In this document: positions 23,734 through 31,757 of the stretch, piece after piece
Layout of the letters: every line of letters starts with the position of its first letter
How positions within the stretch are numbered: the first letter of the stretch is position 1
NCBI RefSeq assembly: GCF_000698785.1
Contig: NZ_CP007536.1
Coordinates: 150,001 to 182,000, forward strand
Length of the DNA stretch: 32,000 nucleotides
Direction: 5' to 3'
Origin: Nitrososphaera viennensis EN76
GTDB lineage: Archaea; Thermoproteota; Nitrososphaeria; Nitrososphaerales; Nitrososphaeraceae
Program-made: the position numbers and the translations under genes
The notes under the pieces: generated by a model
What the model was told of the DNA's origin: nothing
Databases searched by the model: none
The model's input: the letters and a program-made list of their open reading frames with translations, nothing else

Positions 23734-24993
23734 CTAGGGGACTCTTGCCATGCAGAATTCCTTCAGGGCATCGTCCTGCGTTTGCTGTATCACGTTTTCC
23801 AGGTTTGCGGTCCTTGAATAAAACGGGGGCAGGCTGCGCAGCATGCCTGACAGTTCCGAGACGTCCTGCCTTGGGATGACGTATTCAAGCTGCCCGCGGC
23901 TATTCCTTGGAAGCTTGCCTTCAAAGAACGAGCCAAGAGAGCCGACCTCCATCAGGCCTGCCGGGCTTCTTGCCGGGCCAAACAGGATTGCGATCTTGCA
24001 ATATTTTGGGTGAGCCAGGTACCGCCTGCCGTTTTCTCCTGCATCGTTTACCAGCGAATAATACCTGCGCATCATGTCAAGCAAAGGCGTCTGCTCAACA
24101 GGACTTGCGCCTCCTGCCAGCAGGATGTTCCCAAACGGGTCTATGATGCAGGCAGAGTTGAACAGTCCTGCATTTCTGTAGGATTCCCTTGCCTTGCTTA
24201 TCAGTACCTGCCCAAGCGCAGCGCCGGGTGCACCCGGATTCAGGGTGTGCTCCTCCGAGAATGCCTGTGGGTTATGGTGCCTGATAGTTTTCACCAGGTG
24301 CGATGAAGGCTTGCTCTTGGCAAGCAGCCCGGGATTTTCCAGGCGGTCTGGCAAAATCCAGTCCTTGTTTATGTTATTTCTGATCTTGGCAAGGCTGGAC
24401 GTAAAGGCCCTAGTGGAGCGCTTGTCAAAAAGCGGGTCGATTTCGCTTCCAGAAAAGATGGAGTCTTGCGATCCCGCAAAGCTTCTTTTTCCGCGCAGGC
24501 CAAATGCAGAGAACCTTGCCGCCTTTTCTTGCCGCAGTTCTGCCGGCAATGTGGTCAGGTCGTCCTGACCCCTGCAGCTGACGCCGCATTCGGGATCGTC
24601 TGAGATGCGGATTACGTTCATACCTGCGCTCAGGATTGCGCCTGCGCACATTATGCACGGATCAAGGGAGCATACTATAGTCATGTCTGCAGCCGGAGGC
24701 AACAGCGGCAACGCCTTTTTCCTGGAAAAATAATACCAGTCCAAAAGCTGTTTTTCAACATGCGCGGTAGGATCGGCTACTATCGTCGTACTTCCCGCTG
24801 CTATCACCCTGTTTTGCATCTTTTTCAGCACTCTTCCGGTGCTGTTTTCAATCAAGAGGCCGCCTACTCCAAACGTGCCCTTCGCAGCCGCCTTTTCTGC
24901 CTCCTCCACCGCTATTCTGGCGCATTTTTCAGCAAGCAGGCCGCTGCTACCACTGCCACGGTCCATTTCTTTCTCTAGCATGACAGCTGGCAT
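23734..24993 (-). CDS. Nucleoside/nucleotide deaminase (CDA fold) with a ~270-aa C-terminal extension
   Basis: 419 aa. The N-terminal half has DPTAHVE (H-x-E) and LDPCIMCAGAI (PCxxC) Zn-site motifs. The C-terminal half has no Zn-site motif. Its resemblance to a second, inactive deaminase fold is my inference. Confidence 0.8.
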   Translation of the reverse strand: MPAVMLEKEMDRGSGSSGLLAEKCARIAVEEAEKAAAKGTFGVGGLLIENSTGRVLKKMQNRVIAAGSTTIVADPTAHVEKQLLDWYYFSRKKALPLLPPAADMTIVCSLDPCIMCAGAILSAGMNVIRISDDPECGVSCRGQDDLTTLPAELRQEKAARFSAFGLRGKRSFAGSQDSIFSGSEIDPLFDKRSTRAFTSSLAKIRNNINKDWILPDRLENPGLLAKSKPSSHLVKTIRHHNPQAFSEEHTLNPGAPGAALGQVLISKARESYRNAGLFNSACIIDPFGNILLAGGASPVEQTPLLDMMRRYYSLVNDAGENGRRYLAHPKYCKIAILFGPARSPAGLMEVGSLGSFFEGKLPRNSRGQLEYVIPRQDVSELSGMLRSLPPFYSRTANLENVIQQTQDDALKEFCMARVP

Positions 24994-25384
24994 GGAAGCT
25001 AAAAAACTCTGGCGTGTACAGAGAGGGGATTAACGTTTGGCTCCGAGTGCAAAACACATCATTTTTTGTTTCAGGTCCGTCTAGACTCTTCATCGCCGCA
25101 AATGATGAAGCAATGATGGAGTACTTGATGCTTCCGTCCGTGCATGGCAGTGGCAGGCTAACTTAAATAACATAAGAACGCACATCACCCTCAGTGAGAA
25201 AATTCAACAAGACAACCAGCGGCAAGTGCGAATGCATTTGCCACAGCAGGCCAAATACTGACTATTGTGGGTATTGTTCGCCTGCGCACAGGCGTACCAC
25301 GTACGCAAAATAGTAAATCAGGCTCCGTGCAATTCTGGCACGCCCTCGTTTCTTTCATCATGCGACAGCTTGCCGGAACTTGAA

Positions 25385-25397
25385 AGCATATATCAAG
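25385..25397 (+). promoter_or_regulatory. Promoter motif agcatatatcaag, 27 nt upstream of ATG 25424
   Basis: A TATA-containing motif that is nearly identical to the one at 27074-27087, with the same spacing to the start codon. Confidence 0.45.
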
Positions 25398-25423
25398 ACG
25401 CCCTTTTCAGTATAATGTTATAC

Positions 25424-25981
25424 ATGTCTGCAAATAATAATAACAACAACAGCAACAAGACAAAGTTCAGCATCTTGGCAATAGCCATTGTAGCATCTGC
25501 CGCAATAGCGATTATCATGCAGATGACAAGTTATGCTACTGCACAACAGCAAAACAGCAGCACCATTGTCCGAGTCCAGAAAACCGTCATGTCCGCTCCC
25601 GCGCCGGTCACCGCACAGGGGCACCCGACCCACCAGGTCGTCTTTGCCCTCCCGCTGAGAGACGACGGCAGGATCTGGTCTGGCACGGTCACGTTTACCG
25701 CAAGCAAGCCAATAGAGATAGAGGTGATGCACCGGTACAACCCTGCCGTGGCACCCACCGCCGAGTACGGCCAGCCGCCGGTTGCCGTCATCAACGGCAC
25801 CACGATAACCTACTCACACATGACCGGGATTGTCGACACGCCGATCCTTTCGGGAGACTCGCCAATCTCGTCGGGCACCTTTGACTTTACGGGAAGTGCC
25901 CTTCTCTTCCACAAGAGGAGCGGCGAGCCCTTTACTGTGACCTACACGATTGACGCGGTCGCAAAAACCCTGACGCAATAA
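25424..25981 (+). CDS. Secreted or anchored hypothetical protein (185 aa) with an N-terminal poly-Asn run
   Basis: MSANNNNNNSNKTKFSILAIAIVASAAIAIIMQM signal anchor. The 25265 extension looks non-coding. Confidence 0.6.
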   Translation: MSANNNNNNSNKTKFSILAIAIVASAAIAIIMQMTSYATAQQQNSSTIVRVQKTVMSAPAPVTAQGHPTHQVVFALPLRDDGRIWSGTVTFTASKPIEIEVMHRYNPAVAPTAEYGQPPVAVINGTTITYSHMTGIVDTPILSGDSPISSGTFDFTGSALLFHKRSGEPFTVTYTIDAVAKTLTQ

Positions 25982-26027
25982 TGAGAATTGGGGCCGGCTA
26001 TGCGCCGGGCCTCTCTGCCTTTTTTTA

Positions 26028-27002
26028 TCATGATTTTTTTGCAACCACGACAATTGCAAGGGCCACGCCTACCGCCGCTGCAATTGCAATCGCGGAATAC
26101 ACCTGCGTCCTCAGGTCCTGCACCGGCTTTATGATCGACTCGTAGGGCTGGATGGAAAACACCGCCCATGTAGTACCAGGCGCCCTGACCGGGTGGTACG
26201 CAACGAGCATCTCCTTGCCTCCTATTGACTCGACTGCCACGCCTGACTCGCCAGAGATGGCCTTTTTGTACACGTCCATGTCCGCAAGGGGCTTGCCGGC
26301 TCCTTCAAGCGCAGACACGATCTCGTTTGAATACACAACCTCGTGGCCGTGCTGGTCGGCGTAGGTAAAGCGCCTGCCGTCGTCGCCCTCAAACATGTCC
26401 TTTGCAAACCTGTCCAGATTTTGAAGGTGTACAAGGCCTATCCAGAGGCCTTTCAGCTCGCCGCCGGACGCGATCGGGACTGCGACTGCTGATGCGCTTG
26501 CGCCGCTTGACGCGGAAATATACACTTCGCCAAGGTATGTAGAGCCGCTGTTCACCGCTCCCTGGAAGTAGTCGCGGAATGCAAAGTTGGTCCTTGTCAG
26601 GTTCATCTGCCTGTAAAACGGCTCTTCGATGTACATCTCGCCATCTGGAAGTATGAACGCTATGGCCTCGATGTCTTGGCTCTTGGACAGAATCGACTGC
26701 GCGACCTGCCTCTTTTCTGCGTCCACGTTTTCAGGCACTCCGTGAAGCTCTGTTGTTATCTGTGACGCGTGTGGTGCGCCAGCCACCTGCGGCAGGCCAC
26801 CTGTTGCTTCCATGAGCGACGCTACAGTGGAGAGCTTGCCCTCCGTGGCGATGGCCAGAGTGCGAATGTCGCTTGCTTCCTTTTCCATTATCTTTTGCTC
26901 AAGCGCGCTGATGCTGGCCGTGCCAGCTGCAGCAAGTATGATGATAGCTAGTGCAACTGCAATTGAATACGCTGCAAGGTTCCTGCTCTTACTCGACAAC
27001 AA
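26028..27002 (-). CDS. Cache-domain membrane protein with TM segments at both ends and no output domain
   Basis: 324 aa. N-terminal TM, Cache-like core (AFILPDGEMYIEEPFYRQMNLTRTNFAFRDYFQGAV...AVAVPI...WIGLVHLQNL...LVAYHPV...WAVFSIQP), C-terminal TM, then ends KKS. TTG start. Confidence 0.8.
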   Translation of the reverse strand: MLSSKSRNLAAYSIAVALAIIILAAAGTASISALEQKIMEKEASDIRTLAIATEGKLSTVASLMEATGGLPQVAGAPHASQITTELHGVPENVDAEKRQVAQSILSKSQDIEAIAFILPDGEMYIEEPFYRQMNLTRTNFAFRDYFQGAVNSGSTYLGEVYISASSGASASAVAVPIASGGELKGLWIGLVHLQNLDRFAKDMFEGDDGRRFTYADQHGHEVVYSNEIVSALEGAGKPLADMDVYKKAISGESGVAVESIGGKEMLVAYHPVRAPGTTWAVFSIQPYESIIKPVQDLRTQVYSAIAIAAAVGVALAIVVVAKKS

Positions 27003-27073
27003 TATCTGCCATCCTGTTATGTGCAGGATATAACCTTTCCATAGATCTTTGTATCACTAAAATTTCCGCACAG

Positions 27074-27087
27074 AGCATATATCCAAG
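27074..27087 (+). promoter_or_regulatory. Promoter motif agcatatatccaag, 26 nt upstream of ATG 27113
   Basis: See the feature at 25385-25397. Confidence 0.45.
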
Positions 27088-27112
27088 TGGGTGCTTGAGT
27101 AGCAAGCGTATA

Positions 27113-27988
27113 ATGTCCTCAACAAAATCCGGGCGGGTTGCCATGTCCATGATAATTGCCGCAGCCATCGTGGCCGCGGCAGGCATTATTGCCGTTGCAT
27201 ACGTTATTCCAGAAGGAAGCAGCAAGCCTGCAGAAAACCCGTCAGGCGTGCGCCTACTTGCCTCAAACCTTGAGGAAAGGATCGCAAGCTCTGTCAAAGT
27301 GATGAGCCTGACAGGCTTGGCGCCAGAAGTCCGAAACACCGACTCGCTGTCGCTTGTAAGCACCGCCCAGATGGGCATCCCGCAGGACGCAGACGTAGCC
27401 AAGAGGCAAGTTGCCAAGAACATTATTTCAACGTACGGCGATGATGTTGCAAGCATCTTTTTCCTCACGCCTGAGGGAAACATCTACATCGGCGAGCCTT
27501 TCGAGCAGCAAAAGCAACTGCCGAGGCTGAACTACTCTGACAGGGACTGGTACCAGGGGGTCTCTGCTACCAATGATGCGTACGTCAGCTCTGTCTTTAT
27601 GTCCGCAGCCATCCACGAGCCGGCAGTCGCAGTCGCCGTGCCGGTCTACGGGCAAGAGGGCACGGAAAAAGAGAGCGCCATCGGCTACTGGGTTGCAATC
27701 ATCAACCTTGACGAGATAGAAAAGGGCCTGAGGCAGCTTGAAGGCGGCTCACGGATAATATTCGCAGACCACAACGGGACTGAAATCGCCGACTCGGCAA
27801 GGGATCCTTCTACTACGCGTACGGACCTGAGAAGCTTATCAAACCTCGAAAGCGTCAAGGCCGCGCTTGCAGGCAAGACCGGCTCCCTTGTGGAGGTAGT
27901 CGACGGCAAGACCATGAAAGTAAGCTATGCCCCCGTGAAGGCCCATCCGCACACGTGGGCAGTGGTGTCGATGCAGCCTGCAGGCTGA
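27113..27988 (+). CDS. Cache-domain protein, N-terminally anchored, paralogue of 26028..27002, no output domain
   Basis: 291 aa from ATG 27113. FFLTPEGNIYIGEPFEQQKQLPRLNYSDRDWYQGV...AVAVAVPV...WVAIINLDEI...KVSYAPV...WAVVSMQP is colinear with the neighbour. Confidence 0.8.
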   Translation: MSSTKSGRVAMSMIIAAAIVAAAGIIAVAYVIPEGSSKPAENPSGVRLLASNLEERIASSVKVMSLTGLAPEVRNTDSLSLVSTAQMGIPQDADVAKRQVAKNIISTYGDDVASIFFLTPEGNIYIGEPFEQQKQLPRLNYSDRDWYQGVSATNDAYVSSVFMSAAIHEPAVAVAVPVYGQEGTEKESAIGYWVAIINLDEIEKGLRQLEGGSRIIFADHNGTEIADSARDPSTTRTDLRSLSNLESVKAALAGKTGSLVEVVDGKTMKVSYAPVKAHPHTWAVVSMQPAG

Positions 27989-28033
27989 TAATAATAATTG
28001 TTTTTATCTGTGCTTGCCGCCTTACCGTGACAG

Positions 28034-28903
28034 TTGGACAGCCGCGACGGCTTTATCATCAGGTCAATGAAAAGACAGGAGCTTGACCTAGCACTCGGCT
28101 GGGCTGCCGGCGAGGGGTGGAATCCCGGCCTGCACGATGCAGATGCGTTCTATGATTTTGATCCTGGAGGTTATCTTGTGGGGCTGCTTTCTGGCGTCCC
28201 TGTCGGCTGCATCTCTGCAGTGGCCTATGGCAGCAAGTTTGGGTTTCTTGGGCTTTATATCGTCAAGCCCGAGCACAGGGGCAAGGGCTTTGGTACGGAG
28301 CTGTGGCACCAGGCTATGCGGCGCCTTGGGAGCCGCAATGTCGGCCTTGACGGCGTGGTTGGGCGCCAGCGGAACTATGAAAGAAAAGGTTTTGTGCTTG
28401 CGCACCGGAATATCCGCTATGAATTAGCCGGCGGCGAAAAAATGGCAATGCCGGACAACAATGTGGTAGACTTGCGACAATACAGTATAGGTGCCGTTGC
28501 GGAATATGAAAAGGGGCTATTTCCTGCAACGCGTGCTAGATTTCTGGAAAAGTGGCTGAATCCTCCGCAAGGGATTGCCTTGGGCTATGTGGACGACGAT
28601 GACGACAGCAGCGACAAGCTTGCCGGATATGGCGTCATTCGCAAGTGCGCTAGGGGATTCAAAATAGGGCCCTTGTTTGCAGACACACAACGCGGCGCAA
28701 GAAAATTGCTTTCTGGGCTGGCAGGGCACGCCGCCGGGGAGCCTGTCTACATCGACATCCCTGAAGCAAACAGGGCGGCGGTTGACCTTGCCAAGGAAGC
28801 TGGGATGAACAAGGTGTTCGAGACTGCGAGGATGTACAACGCCTCCAAGCCCGACCTTGACATTTCACGCATCTATGGCATGACCACACTTGAACTGGGC
28901 TAA
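28034..28903 (+). CDS. GNAT-family N-acetyltransferase with a YitH-type C-terminal domain
   Basis: 289 aa. LALGWAAGEGWNPGLHD. Acetyl-CoA motif GLYIVKPEHRGKGFGTELW. TTG start. Confidence 0.85.
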   Translation: MDSRDGFIIRSMKRQELDLALGWAAGEGWNPGLHDADAFYDFDPGGYLVGLLSGVPVGCISAVAYGSKFGFLGLYIVKPEHRGKGFGTELWHQAMRRLGSRNVGLDGVVGRQRNYERKGFVLAHRNIRYELAGGEKMAMPDNNVVDLRQYSIGAVAEYEKGLFPATRARFLEKWLNPPQGIALGYVDDDDDSSDKLAGYGVIRKCARGFKIGPLFADTQRGARKLLSGLAGHAAGEPVYIDIPEANRAAVDLAKEAGMNKVFETARMYNASKPDLDISRIYGMTTLELG

Positions 28904-28932
28904 GACAAATTTGCTTAAATGAAGGGTAGTTA

Positions 28933-29391
28933 ATGGAGGAAACGTACATGCAGCCCGGAAATGGACCAGACGGTGTGGAGTACTGCAGCTGGCAGGAGAT
29001 CCAGGATCTGGTGCACAAAATTGCCGCAGCCCTGCATGGCAAAGCTATAGCAAAATACGATTGCATACTGGCAATAGCAAACGGCGGCATAATCCCTGCC
29101 AAACTCTTGGCTGAAGAGCTTGGCATCCGCCGGATAATGCTAATCCCTGTCCACGAGAAGCAGATAGTTGAAGCGGAAATGCCACGCCTGGAAGCAGGAA
29201 AGAAGTACCTCGTCGTCGACGACATCTATGACACTGGCGACATTTACCAAAAAGTGGCAAGAGCCACGCGGGGCTTTGACTGCACATTTGTATTCTGCAT
29301 GAGCCGCTACAGCCAGGAATTTGGCGCCTACGGGAAGCTGCTGAACCACAAACGGTGGATAGTTTTTCCGTGGGAAAAAACACAGGCATAG
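28933..29391 (+). CDS. gpt: Xanthine-guanine phosphoribosyltransferase-like (Gpt-type) PRTase
   Basis: 152 aa. ILAIANGGIIPAKLLAEELGIR, PRPP motif YLVVDDIYDTGD and C-terminal WIVFPWEK are colinear with Gpt as I recall it. Confidence 0.75.
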   Translation: MEETYMQPGNGPDGVEYCSWQEIQDLVHKIAAALHGKAIAKYDCILAIANGGIIPAKLLAEELGIRRIMLIPVHEKQIVEAEMPRLEAGKKYLVVDDIYDTGDIYQKVARATRGFDCTFVFCMSRYSQEFGAYGKLLNHKRWIVFPWEKTQA

Positions 29392-29476
29392 CCCAGCTGG
29401 CTGTGTTTTTGTCTCTGCATCTAGAGAGTCTTGCGTTCAAAATTCAAAAAGGGGCTCTGCCACACATATTGTGCAG

Positions 29477-29614
29477 ATGGCCAGAAAAACAGTCTATGGA
29501 AAGTGCCCCAAGTGCAAGGCCCGGGGCGACCTCGTCGTGATGTCAGGAACGCCGGGCAAAGAGAAGTTCAAGTGCAACCAGTGCTACCATGTTTTCGGGA
29601 TGGACGAGCTGTGA
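29477..29614 (+). CDS. 45-aa Zn-ribbon protein (not in the ORF track)
   Basis: Hand translation: MARKTVYGKCPKCKARGDLVVMSGTPGKEKFKCNQCYHVFGMDEL. CxxC...CxxC. Its stop overlaps the next start (GTGA). Confidence 0.5.
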   Translation: MARKTVYGKCPKCKARGDLVVMSGTPGKEKFKCNQCYHVFGMDEL

Positions 29615-29895
29615 CGATCTACCGATGCCATGACGGGCACATCAGCTTTGCAAAGGAGCCTCTTTTGCACTGCGGCATGAAAGGCTGCGAAAACCCGGTT
29701 GATGCAGTAAGCGACGCCGACATCGAGTGGTTTTACCGCATAAGCCCGTCTGGCCTTGCGATAAACGAGCAGGACCTGCACATGATTCTAAAAGACAGGA
29801 ACATGCCGCAAGACGTCAAGGAAAGGGTACGCGAAATCTTTCCTGCCGCACAGAAACAGGAAAAGAAGAAGAGAAGGTTCTTTAGCTTGCGGTAA
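29611..29895 (+). CDS. Hypothetical Cys/His-containing protein (94 aa) translationally coupled to the Zn-ribbon ORF
   Basis: GTG at 29611 is in frame with the 29431..29895 ORF. YRCHDGH...HCGMKGC. Basic C-terminal tail. Confidence 0.5.
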   Translation: MTIYRCHDGHISFAKEPLLHCGMKGCENPVDAVSDADIEWFYRISPSGLAINEQDLHMILKDRNMPQDVKERVREIFPAAQKQEKKKRRFFSLR

Positions 29896-30344
29896 AAACT
29901 TCAGAAGAAGGAGAAAAGAAGGTAAACGGCGCTTGGCGATCCTGCACCAACGACCTGTTCAGCCCATGCCGTCAAAGTCGCGGTTTTTCACCTTCCGATG
30001 CAGTTTTTGTTTTTCTTCGTATGCCGCCAAGCGCCAACCTCAAGTATCGGGTGTCGGCACTATCATTCAATTGTATTATGCAGTTCTAATATAAAAAACT
30101 GCCTTGAATTGCATTTATCTTGTCTTTTTTGTAGTAAACTATATTTTAGATACAGTTTATTCAAATTTGATGAATTATGTATCTTTTCATGCTCTAGGTT
30201 TGACATCAATCTGCTAATGTCGATTGCGCGCAGCGCACGGTTTTGATTGTGTTGGATATTGCTAAATGCCCTGCAGCAGCGACTGGCGTGCTGTAACAAA
30301 AAGCGTCCTGCATAAGCTCTGTATCAGAACCTTAACAAAGCCCT

Positions 30345-30749
30345 TTGGGGGCACCGGTGCATGTGCAGTACGACGAACTGTGCAGCCGCATACTCGGGCT
30401 TGAAGGCTCGATACGCTTTGTGGCACTTGCAGATCACCTGGGCCTGCTGATAGCGACCGTGTACCGGGAGGGCCTCGTACCGCTTGCGACCAAGGAGGAA
30501 ACGGCCAAGTACGCGGGCCAGCTTGTGCTACTCACCGGCGCCGTCTCAGGCGGCAAGTTCATGTCAAAGGTGGGCAAGATGCAGTACGTGGTGGGCAAAT
30601 TCGAGAACCTCGTGAGGGCCACCATCCCGATAGTGTCAGACAGCTATGACAAGTACTATCTTTTGATGTCGCTTGACGTCGACTCGGACTATGTCCGCGC
30701 CATCGACAAGGTGCTTGCCTTTTTGCGCGAGAACCACTCGGCGTTCTAG
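30345..30749 (+). CDS. Hypothetical protein, possibly Roadblock/LC7-like fold
   Basis: 134 aa. An alternating beta/alpha pattern (IRFVALADHLGLLIATVY...) is the only basis for the fold guess. TTG start; GTG alternatives at 30357 and 30363. Confidence 0.55.
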   Translation: MGAPVHVQYDELCSRILGLEGSIRFVALADHLGLLIATVYREGLVPLATKEETAKYAGQLVLLTGAVSGGKFMSKVGKMQYVVGKFENLVRATIPIVSDSYDKYYLLMSLDVDSDYVRAIDKVLAFLRENHSAF

Positions 30750-31093
30750 CTCTGGCCCTTCTTTTCCGGGTTTGGCATGGAGCTTACTATTGTCTGGAGC
30801 TCTGTAACGATGCTCTCGACTGACTTTATCTCTGTCAGCGGCCGGACTGCCCTCTGCACCAGAGGCATCGACGGTAACAGGAACAGCACCTGCTGCAGCT
30901 CCTCGTTTGACGCCACGTCAAGGACGATCATCCCGCCAGGCGAGTCTGCGAACGCGTACGCAAACTTGATCTTGCCCTGGTCCTTCAGCTCCTGGTACGT
31001 GGCAAAGGTCTGCTGGAGCATCTTCATCTGCGCAATTGCGACTTCGGGTCCGACGAATTCAAGCTTCACTGTGTCGATGACAAGAAACAGCAT
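30746..31093 (-). CDS. Muconolactone-isomerase-like dimeric alpha/beta-barrel protein
   Basis: 115 aa from ATG 31093. MLFLVIDTV...GGMIVLDVASNEELQQVLFLLPSMPLVQRAVRPL parallels the MIase pattern (MLF.V....IFDVESNEELH.LL..LPL.P...I.V.PL). Confidence 0.7.
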   Translation of the reverse strand: MLFLVIDTVKLEFVGPEVAIAQMKMLQQTFATYQELKDQGKIKFAYAFADSPGGMIVLDVASNEELQQVLFLLPSMPLVQRAVRPLTEIKSVESIVTELQTIVSSMPNPEKKGQS

Positions 31094-31186
31094 ACTGCCC
31101 AATAATTGCCGCCGGCGCCAATAAGCCTGTCGGTGATCATTATGTGCCAATAATGTTGATATGCTGGCTCTCATTCAAAAAATGCC

Positions 31187-31747
31187 ATGTCGTCTACAGA
31201 ATCGCTGCGCAACGATCATTTCCTCATCGAAAAAATGATGAGGGCGCTCAACGTAACCGCGGACCTGCTGCAGGCCGGCAAGTCCATCCCCGCGCCATTC
31301 CTTGAGCAGGCGCTGGACTTTACAAAGAACTTTACCAATGTCTGCCATCACGGCAAGGAGGAAGACACGCTGTTCCCGACGCTGGAAAAAGGCGGCATGC
31401 CAAGGGAGGGCGGGCCGATAGCAAGGATGCTCTTTGAGCACGAGATTACAAAGCAGCTTGCAGAAAAGATGGACGCGTCTGCCAGGGCGTACGTCCAGAC
31501 TGGCAGTGCAGACCAGCTCGTGGCGGACATTCGCAGTTATACCGGCCACGTCTCGCAGCATTTGACAAAGGAGAATTTCCGCCTGTTTGCGATGGCCGAC
31601 ATGATGCTGCAGGGAAAAGCCGCTCAGGTAGGCCAGGAGCTGGCCAAGACGGAAGAAGCAAAACTGCATTCGCTTGGCAGGACCCGGGGACACTATGAGC
31701 AGCTGGTCGACAGCTACGACGCAGAGATAAGGAAGAAGCAGGCGTAG
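31187..31747 (+). CDS. Hemerythrin-like (HHE cation-binding) domain protein
   Basis: 186 aa. LRNDHFLIEKM, CHHGKEEDTLFP, MLFEHE and HLTKENFRLF metal-ligand motifs. Confidence 0.85.
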   Translation: MSSTESLRNDHFLIEKMMRALNVTADLLQAGKSIPAPFLEQALDFTKNFTNVCHHGKEEDTLFPTLEKGGMPREGGPIARMLFEHEITKQLAEKMDASARAYVQTGSADQLVADIRSYTGHVSQHLTKENFRLFAMADMMLQGKAAQVGQELAKTEEAKLHSLGRTRGHYEQLVDSYDAEIRKKQA

Positions 31748-31757
31748 GCAGGCGGAA

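Noticed and set aside
25265-25423. N-terminal extensions of computed ORFs (also 1941-2081, 21236-21364, 26951-27112, 31094-31174)
   Set aside because: In each case an internal ATG is followed immediately by a signal or TM segment or a domain start, and is preceded by a TATA-like box at about -30. The extensions overlap neighbouring genes or promoters and have non-coding-like composition.
29431-29895. Taking the 154-aa ORF as one gene
   Set aside because: Its first about 60 codons read as an out-of-frame translation of a clean Zn-ribbon ORF (29477..29614). A GTG at 29611 overlaps that stop. A two-gene model is more plausible but remains unproven.
30063-30299. 78-aa minus-strand and 82-aa plus-strand ORFs in the AT-rich spacer
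   Set aside because: Their composition is low-complexity and Asn/Leu/Phe/Cys-rich, driven by AT richness. The two ORFs overlap each other, and neither has a promoter at a sensible distance.
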